Shown piece by piece: positions 27,279-33,616 of a stretch of DNA of 53,746 bases. The DNA lies in the NCBI GenBank assembly GCA_030040155.1, contig JASHUG010000379.1, positions 1 to 53,746 of the forward strand, read 5' to 3'. The notes below the pieces were generated by a model. It had not been told where the DNA came from. It saw nothing but the letters and a program-made list of their open reading frames with translations, and did no database searches. Made by a program: the position numbers and the translations under genes. The stretch comes from Streptosporangiaceae bacterium (GTDB lineage: Bacteria; Actinomycetota; Actinomycetes; Streptosporangiales; Streptosporangiaceae). The stretch's first letter is position 1. The number at the start of each line of letters is the position of its first letter.

Positions 27279-28568
27279 TTAGCCATGGGGCAGGAGTACC
27301 GGGCCGACGCCGGGGATGGCGTTGGCGCGGGCTTCGGCCAGGAGCGCTGCGGCGGCTTGCCTGGCGTTCTCGCCGGTGCGTGATATGCGGGCGGCGATCA
27401 GGCCGGACACGATTGGGGTAGCGAACGACGTGCCGCTCCACTTGGCCATTCCGTAGAAGTTACGGACCTGCCCGTCATAAGGGCTGACGTGGCAGGTGTA
27501 AGTACCGGTCGCGTAGGCATTAATGAGGTCGCGCCCCGGCGCGTAGACGTCCACCCAGGGACCGTAGTTGCTGAACGACGCGCGGCCGCGCCAGTCACTG
27601 CCGAGCGCGCCGACCGAGATCACCTCGGGGAACGCAGCAGGCCATGTCGGTCGACGTCGACTGCTGTTCCCGGCGGCGGCTACGCACACTGCCCCTTTGG
27701 AGTTGCTCAGGCGGCGAAGCCAGTCGCCGAAGGCGATGAGTGGAAGATCGTTCCTCGATGGGCAGGCGATTGTCAGGTGGAAGATATCGACGCCATGCCG
27801 GAACGCTGACTCCAGCCCCGGCACGAGGTCTGCTTCCAGGGTGCTGCCGGCTATGGAGAAGGCATTGGTCACGATGATGTCCGCGGCCGGAGCCATGCAC
27901 CGGAGCACGCCGGCGACGAACGTACCGTGGCCGGTGTAGGGAGGAATGACCGGCGGGTTTCCCTGCAGAGGCGCTGGCGGGTCGAAATCCTTGGCCGGAT
28001 CACGCACCTGCACACCCTCCAGCCACGGATGGCCATCGGCGGCGTCCCTGAGAAGCCCTGTGTCGGCAAGGTAGACCAGGACACCGCTTCCAAGACCGTC
28101 AGCGGAAACCGACGGAAATGGCTCGATGTCGTGGTAGGCCTCTTCAGGCTCGGTCGCTGGGCAGTACGTCAGATCCCCGTCGCCGCTCACGGTCATCACG
28201 TGATTCGGCGTGGCGATTCCCCTGCCGAGGCGCTGATCGACGAGATCAAGCGCTTCGGCGACGCTGGGGTGGGGCTCACTCAGAGTCAGCAGGACATGCC
28301 CGGCGATCACCCGCCGGATCCGCTCGGGCTGGCTTCGCTCGATGTCCTGCCGGTTCGGGTGTCCAATGACCTCAAGGACCCGATCGAGGTACTCCTCACG
28401 CACCAGGATCTCGCCCTCGGCGTACATGTGGTCGACGCCGCCATTCGCGGGGACGACCGTGATCGCCTTGCCGCCGTCAGGATGGTGCAGGAAAGCGTCA
28501 ACGATGTGCTCGATCTCGTCGGCGATCTTGGGGCGCAGACCGTTCCGCAAATCGCCAGGCTCGGTCAC
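27279..28568 (-). CDS. S8 family (subtilisin-like) serine peptidase, cytoplasmic, with a non-catalytic N-terminal domain
   Basis: The catalytic motifs appear in subtilase order: VLVYLADTGL (Asp codon 28064..28062), TGHGTFVAG (His 27929..27927), AAAGN (oxyanion Asn) and SGTSFATP (Ser 27428..27426). No signal peptide or TM segment. Start placed at GTG 28568, 5 nt after GGAGGG; the track ORF extends to GTG 28625. Confidence 0.85.
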   Translation of the reverse strand: MTEPGDLRNGLRPKIADEIEHIVDAFLHHPDGGKAITVVPANGGVDHMYAEGEILVREEYLDRVLEVIGHPNRQDIERSQPERIRRVIAGHVLLTLSEPHPSVAEALDLVDQRLGRGIATPNHVMTVSGDGDLTYCPATEPEEAYHDIEPFPSVSADGLGSGVLVYLADTGLLRDAADGHPWLEGVQVRDPAKDFDPPAPLQGNPPVIPPYTGHGTFVAGVLRCMAPAADIIVTNAFSIAGSTLEADLVPGLESAFRHGVDIFHLTIACPSRNDLPLIAFGDWLRRLSNSKGAVCVAAAGNSSRRRPTWPAAFPEVISVGALGSDWRGRASFSNYGPWVDVYAPGRDLINAYATGTYTCHVSPYDGQVRNFYGMAKWSGTSFATPIVSGLIAARISRTGENARQAAAALLAEARANAIPGVGPVLLPHG

Positions 28569-28708
28569 GTTGTCCCTCCGTTGCTGAACGACATGGAATG
28601 CGCGTCCGCCGGGCCTGAGCGGCACCGGCCGGGCCGGCGGCGGGGGCCCACGCGCCCGCCGCCGGTACTCCTATGGAGCAAACGCCTGACGGCTTGATAC
28701 CGCACGCC

Positions 28709-28733
28709 GGAACCTTTTTGCAAAATTTGTGTT
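28709..28733 (+). promoter_or_regulatory. ECF-type promoter motif GGAAC-N17-GTT facing the CHAT gene
   Basis: GGAAC at 28709..28713, a 17-nt AT-rich spacer (CTTTTTGCAAAATTTGT), and GTT at 28731..28733. The motif sits about 120 nt upstream of the CHAT start, inside the most AT-rich stretch of the window. Confidence 0.4.
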
Positions 28734-28854
28734 CTCCGACCTGCCTGTCACTTTCTGCGGCAATTATGTTACTTTAAGTTACAGGAACTAAAGACCCGTT
28801 TAAGGCACAAAAGTAGAACGTACATTCGCTAGCTATAGGACAGCTAGTTGTAAT

Positions 28855-31509
28855 TTGCGGGTCTACGCTAACAGTGTGGAGCGAACGGCTACGCCTGCCG
28901 AGGCGAAGCCTTACAGCGAAGAGGATTTGCTGCTGCTGGCAGTCGCGCGCCCGCGGGAGGCCATCGCGAGGGCGCGCAGCCTGCTTGCTACCAGGCCCGA
29001 CCCCTATGTGGCGTCGATTGCGCACCAGGCCGTGGGCATCGTGCTGCGCGACACCGGCGACATCAGCGACGGAGTTAGCGAGCTGCACGCCGCGCTGCGC
29101 CTCGCCACGCGCTCGGGCTCAGCTGAACGTGCCGCCGACGTCCTGGCCTCGCTCGGTGTGGCATTTGTGCACGCCGGCCGGACAGCCCACGGGCTGAAGG
29201 TTCTTGACCGTGCTATTCAGCTCGTCGACGGTGGGCCGCTAGGGCGGGCGCTGTACAGGCGAGCGGCCGTGCTATGGATGCTGGGCCGTTACGAGGCGGC
29301 ACTCGAGGATCTGCGCCGCGCCGAAAACCCGCTGAAACAGGCGGGTGATCTCGTGTGGACGGCCCGAGTGCTGAACGTTCGCGGACTGGTCTACATGGGC
29401 GCCGGATTGCCCGGCCGAGCGGACGCCGACTTCGCGGCAGCCGGGCGGCTACTTGCGGAGACCAACGATGAGCGTGGGTCTATCCATGCGCTCCTGAACC
29501 GTGGTATCGCCGCGTTCCGGTCCGGGGACCTGCCCGCCGCGTTGTCGTTCTTCGACGAAGCGGATATCCGGTATCGCCCGCTGAATATCCCGCGGCCGGA
29601 ACTGAGCCGTGCCCGCTGCGCTGTCCTGCTGGCCGCAGGCCTCACCGGCGAGGCGCTGTCGGAAGCCGATGCAGCTCTTCAGGATTTCGAGCAGGCCAAC
29701 GGCTGGTCCACGAAGAAGGCCGAGCTCCTCCTGACCGCGGCTGAGTGCGCGCTTGCCGGCGGCGAGCCCACGCTCGCGGTTGAGAGAGTTCAGGCTGCGT
29801 GCCGGCTGTTCCGCTCCCAGCGGCGCGACAAGGATCTCGCCCAGGCGCGGCTGGTGCTGGTCGAGGCGCGCTACGCCGTCGGTGGCGTGTCAGGTCGGTT
29901 GCTTTCAGCGGCGAATGATGCGGTGGTTCGTGATCAGCTTCGGCCCGACGAGGCTGCGCGGGCGCACTTGCTGGCAGGGCGCATCGCCCTTGAACTGGGG
30001 CGCCGAGCTGACGCTGAGCGGCATCTGCTCGCGGTCGCCAGGACTCGGCGACGCGGTCCGGCTATCTCCAGGACCAGCGGCTGGCTTGGGGTGGCATTGC
30101 TGGCCGAGGCGTCCGAGGAGCCCAGGCGAATGCTGGCCGCCTGCCGCCGCGGGCTCGAGGTACTGGACGAGCACCGGTGGACGCTGGGCGCGTCGGAGCT
30201 GCGGGCACAAGCGACCGCGCACGGGACTGAGCTGGCCACCATCGCCCTGCGCTACGCGGCCAAGGCCGGAAGCCCGAGGCTGTTTCTTGGCTGGGCCGAA
30301 CGCTGGCGCGCTACTTCGGCAAGCGTGCCAGCCGTGCGCCCGTCGGCCGACCCGGAGCTGAATGCTGATCTCGCCATGCTGCGCACCGTCGCGGTGCGAC
30401 TAGACGAAGCGCGCGAGCGGGGCGCGCCAACCGCCGCGCTCCAGCGGGAGCAGGTACGACTGGAAGGCGTGGTGCGCGCCCGGTCGTTGCTAGCTCGGGG
30501 CACAGGGTCGGCTGTCAACGGCGGACTTCACACCGCGGAGCTGCTCGACCAGCTCGATGGCGCCCGGCTGATCGAGCTGGTCGACCTCGACGGCGTGCTG
30601 CACGTACTGGTCTGCAGTGCTGGCCGGGTCCGGCAGTTCCGCGCGGGAGCCACGGCAGATGCCGTTCGCGCGGCCGAGTACGCCGGCTTTGCGTTGCGGC
30701 GCCTCGCCCGTGATCGGCCGCATAGCGATCCAGATAGCACGCTGGCGATCCTGGCCGCGGCTGGACCTCGGCTTGAGACAGCGCTGCTAGGCTCGGCTGC
30801 CGCGTACCTGGGTGACGGACCGGTTGTCGTGGTACCGCCGGGCAAGCTGCACGGGATCCCGTGGGCGCTGCTGCCAGCGCTCCGGCGTCGCGTATTCAGC
30901 GTGGTGCCCTCGGCGGCCGCATGGCTGCGGGCGCGGACGGCACTACCGCCTGCCAGGCGCCACGTCGCGCTCGCATGCGGGCCCGGCCTCACAACCGACG
31001 GGGCCGAGGTACCGCTGGTAGCCAAGCTCTACGACGACGTGACGGTACTGTCGGGCGTGCAGGCAAGCGCGCGGAACGTGCTGTCCGCGCTGGACGGAGC
31101 CTGGCTTGGTCATATTGCCGCGCACGGCAGCTTCCGCTCCGACAGCCCGCTGTTCTCCTCGCTGCGCATGCACGACGGTCCGCTGACCGTCTACGACTTC
31201 GAGCAGCTTGGGCGCGCGCCATACCGGCTCGTCTTGTCGAGCTGCGACTCGGGCGTCCTGGCTCCAGTCGGAGCTGACGAACTCCTCGGCCTGGTCGCCA
31301 GCCTGCTGCCGCTCGGCACCGCCGGGATCGTGGCGGGCGTCGTTCAGCTCAATGACCGTGCGGTCGTGCCGCTCATGGTGCAACTGCACGAGCATCTGCG
31401 GGCTGGCCGTGGCCTGGCTGAAGCGATGTACAGCGTCCGGCGTGACGCCACCGGAGAACCAGCCGAACGGGCTGCCGCGGTGTCGCTGCTGGCGCTTGGC
31501 GCCGGCTGA
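28855..31509 (+). CDS. TPR-like helical repeat protein with a C-terminal CHAT (caspase-fold) protease domain
   Basis: 884 aa with no signal peptide or TM segment and no Walker A motif. The N-terminal ~500 aa are Leu/Ala-rich helical repeats (e.g. LGRYEAALEDLRRA, FRSGDLPAALSFFDEA). The C-terminal ~330 aa are CHAT, with an intact dyad: LGHIAAHG (His codon 31123..31125) and LVLSSCDSG (Cys codon 31243..31245). Confidence 0.9.
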   Translation: MRVYANSVERTATPAEAKPYSEEDLLLLAVARPREAIARARSLLATRPDPYVASIAHQAVGIVLRDTGDISDGVSELHAALRLATRSGSAERAADVLASLGVAFVHAGRTAHGLKVLDRAIQLVDGGPLGRALYRRAAVLWMLGRYEAALEDLRRAENPLKQAGDLVWTARVLNVRGLVYMGAGLPGRADADFAAAGRLLAETNDERGSIHALLNRGIAAFRSGDLPAALSFFDEADIRYRPLNIPRPELSRARCAVLLAAGLTGEALSEADAALQDFEQANGWSTKKAELLLTAAECALAGGEPTLAVERVQAACRLFRSQRRDKDLAQARLVLVEARYAVGGVSGRLLSAANDAVVRDQLRPDEAARAHLLAGRIALELGRRADAERHLLAVARTRRRGPAISRTSGWLGVALLAEASEEPRRMLAACRRGLEVLDEHRWTLGASELRAQATAHGTELATIALRYAAKAGSPRLFLGWAERWRATSASVPAVRPSADPELNADLAMLRTVAVRLDEARERGAPTAALQREQVRLEGVVRARSLLARGTGSAVNGGLHTAELLDQLDGARLIELVDLDGVLHVLVCSAGRVRQFRAGATADAVRAAEYAGFALRRLARDRPHSDPDSTLAILAAAGPRLETALLGSAAAYLGDGPVVVVPPGKLHGIPWALLPALRRRVFSVVPSAAAWLRARTALPPARRHVALACGPGLTTDGAEVPLVAKLYDDVTVLSGVQASARNVLSALDGAWLGHIAAHGSFRSDSPLFSSLRMHDGPLTVYDFEQLGRAPYRLVLSSCDSGVLAPVGADELLGLVASLLPLGTAGIVAGVVQLNDRAVVPLMVQLHEHLRAGRGLAEAMYSVRRDATGEPAERAAAVSLLALGAG

Positions 31510-31522
31510 CCAGCCTGAGCAG

Positions 31523-31966
31523 TCAGAGCGAGATCCATCCGGTCAGGGCCTCGACGCCGGTGTCGGTCCGGCAGTGCAGCCGGAACGAGCCGGACGGGAT
31601 CGGCTGAATCGCGAAGAGGCCGATGTTGTCGGCGGTCACAGCCGTCTCGGCGCCAGCCTTCGGCTGGACCTTGATCGTGGCCTCCTGGCCGGGGACGACT
31701 TGCCCGATCACGGAGTCGAGCGTGACTTCGAGCTCGATCGTGAGGTGCGCGGAGGTGAAAGTCAGGGCGCGGATGGACGCGGTCTCGGTCCTGGTGCCCG
31801 GCGCCGGGTCGAGATCGCGGGTGGAGTCGTAGGTCAGCTGCGCCAGCTCGGCATCGATGTTGTGCCAGGCAAACGTGTTCTTGGCGGTGACCACGAAATC
31901 GGCCGGCACGGCCTCCCTGGCGCGGACAGCCTGCCGCAGGGCGAGGACAAGCTCTTCGTCTTCCAT
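31523..31966 (-). CDS. 147-aa soluble protein immediately downstream of the ECF sigma (locus 3); candidate anti-sigma/adaptor
   Basis: Track ORF 31523..32332 trimmed to ATG 31966, 5 nt after the sigma stop. Sequence MEDEELVLALRQAVRAREAVPADF..., followed by a beta-rich C-terminal part. No TM segment and no HxxxCxxC motif. Confidence 0.7.
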   Translation of the reverse strand: MEDEELVLALRQAVRAREAVPADFVVTAKNTFAWHNIDAELAQLTYDSTRDLDPAPGTRTETASIRALTFTSAHLTIELEVTLDSVIGQVVPGQEATIKVQPKAGAETAVTADNIGLFAIQPIPSGSFRLHCRTDTGVEALTGWISL

Positions 31967-31971
31967 GGTGC

Positions 31972-32577
31972 TCACCTCCGCGTTTCCTTGAGTGTCACGC
32001 TTCCCGGCTGGTTGTCGAGGACCGCAGTGAGGTGCGGTGAGCGGCGCAGCCGTTCGAGGCACCGGGCGCGCGTCGGCCCGATCGACCCGACCGGCATGCC
32101 CAGCTTCAGACCGATCTCGGCATACGCAGGGGGCGGGTCGCTGATCAGCAGAGACAGCAGCTCGTGGCAGCTTGGGGACAGTTCCGCGAACGCCGCGCGC
32201 AGCGCGGCGTTCAGCTCGGCCTCGATGATGTCCTGCTCGATCGCGGTGGGTGAGAGATCTGGCGGCATCTGGTCTTCGGCCGGCCAGGCTTGACGGTCGC
32301 GCCGACGAACGTCGCGCACGACGCGCAGGCATTCGTGCTTGGTCGTGGTCGCTAGCCAGCCGGGGAGCGCGGCGCGCTCGCGGAGACCTGCGATGTTCTC
32401 GACGAGCAGCAGCCAGACGCTCTGGCCGACATCGTCGATGTCCTGGCGCTCAAGCTGATAGCGGATGCAGATTGACCACACGAGCGGGGCGTACCGCTCG
32501 ATGAGCTCGTTCCACGCCTCTTGATCTCCGCCGCATACCCTGTCCACCAGGGCAATGACCGACGGGTCGTCGCGCAT
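31972..32577 (-). CDS. ECF-type RNA polymerase sigma-70 factor (locus 3)
   Basis: Trimmed to ATG 32577, preceded by GGAAAGGA. Region 2 DQEAWNELIERYAPLVWSICIRY...DDVGQSVWLLLVENI...LPGWLATTTKHECLRVVR and region 4 YAEIGLKLGMPVGSIGPTRARCLERLR. Confidence 0.85.
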   Translation of the reverse strand: MRDDPSVIALVDRVCGGDQEAWNELIERYAPLVWSICIRYQLERQDIDDVGQSVWLLLVENIAGLRERAALPGWLATTTKHECLRVVRDVRRRDRQAWPAEDQMPPDLSPTAIEQDIIEAELNAALRAAFAELSPSCHELLSLLISDPPPAYAEIGLKLGMPVGSIGPTRARCLERLRRSPHLTAVLDNQPGSVTLKETRR

Positions 32578-32914
32578 GGCGTGTCCTTTCCAGGCCGGCC
32601 GACGTTTCAGCATCGTATTCCTGCTAAGTACGCAGTTCCCATAATGCCGGGATGCTTCGGCCGCTCGGGTGCAGGACCCTAACTTGTCAGGCAACGCGGG
32701 AGTACTCCCTCATGACCTGCAGAGCAGACGTTGGCTCCGCAGATACACCGGGGAGCGGGTTAATTCGCGGCTGTACCGCCGCAGAAGCCACACCTGCGGG
32801 CCAATTGGCAGCTGCGGAATTGCGCAAGAAGGCATGTATCAGAACAGTCTGCTTCTGCTCCGCAGTCCGGAGCGCCTTAGCGGCCAGCGCCGCCGGCCGA
32901 CGAATGGGGTCACG

Positions 32915-33505
32915 ATGGGTTTCTGGTCTTGGCTGGACATTCCGCTCGCCGTGCTGGTCTTGGCGGCTGCCCGTGGCGTCCCCCTCTGGATCGACTGGCG
33001 GACCGCCGTTGCCGCGTCGGGTTTCGGAACGGCGCCGGCCGCGGACCTGTGTCCGATCGGAGTCGAGTCGCTTGGCCTGGCCGAGTCCGACGAGCGACTC
33101 GCTGAGCCTGGCTGCCTGGCCGATGAGGTTGCGCCGCAGGACGGGCTCGTGCTGCAGCTGACACCGTGCCCGCAATGCGGGCTGCCTGCCGAGATCCGGG
33201 CGAGATTCCGCCTGGAAAGTACCGACGGGCCCATCGATCACGTCGCACTGAGCTGCATCAACGATCACCACTTCCGGATGGCTGTCGACCGTCTGCCCGT
33301 GGCGCCACTCGCGCCGGTCGTGCGGGCTCCATCCAGTCGAGACCAGCGGGACAGCAGCGCCGCCAATGACTTGGTAGTGGCGACCGTGCCTCTTACCGAG
33401 CGGCCCCCGGCGGCAGTGCGGGCGGGGAACCCTGCCGCCGGGGGCCCGATAGCGCCAGGGCGGGTGACCTCCGGCTGCGAGGACACGGAGGCTTCCCGCA
33501 ACTGA
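32915..33505 (+). CDS. hypothetical membrane protein with a Cys/His zinc-ribbon-like motif
   Basis: ATG 32915 (MGFWSWLDIPLAVLVLAAARGVPLWI, one TM segment), then TPCPQCGLPAEIRARFRLESTDGPIDHVALSCINDHHF. The frame has good G/C third-position bias. The antisense ORF 32687..33271 looks non-coding. Confidence 0.45.
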   Translation: MGFWSWLDIPLAVLVLAAARGVPLWIDWRTAVAASGFGTAPAADLCPIGVESLGLAESDERLAEPGCLADEVAPQDGLVLQLTPCPQCGLPAEIRARFRLESTDGPIDHVALSCINDHHFRMAVDRLPVAPLAPVVRAPSSRDQRDSSAANDLVVATVPLTERPPAAVRAGNPAAGGPIAPGRVTSGCEDTEASRN

Positions 33506-33616
33506 GCGATCCCGCTCTGGCTGGTCGCACCGGATTGGCCCGTTGCGAGCGAGCTTGCGCCATTCCGGCGACCCTGGGACGCTCGATGCGGCATTTGCTT
33601 CGACGGAGGGGCGATC

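Noticed and set aside
31967-32332. Upstream 122 codons of track ORF 31523..32332
   Set aside because: This part overlaps the ECF sigma gene in another frame and is Arg/Ala/Pro-rich. The ATG at 31966, 5 nt after the sigma stop, gives a compact 147-aa protein.
32687-33271. 194-aa minus-strand ORF in the region divergent from ECF sigma 3
   Set aside because: It is Arg-rich low-complexity sequence. The plus-strand frame from 32915 has better third-position G/C bias, a TM helix and a Cys/His motif.
27279-33505. Bacterial gasdermin or a cas/CRISPR partner for the CHAT and S8 proteases
   Set aside because: Protease-adjacent gasdermins are ~240-270 aa. No ORF of that size and character lies next to either protease, since the neighbours are a secreted repeat protein, the ECF pair and a small membrane protein. 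I saw no Cas7-11/gRAMP-like giant ORF and no repeat-spacer array anywhere in the window.
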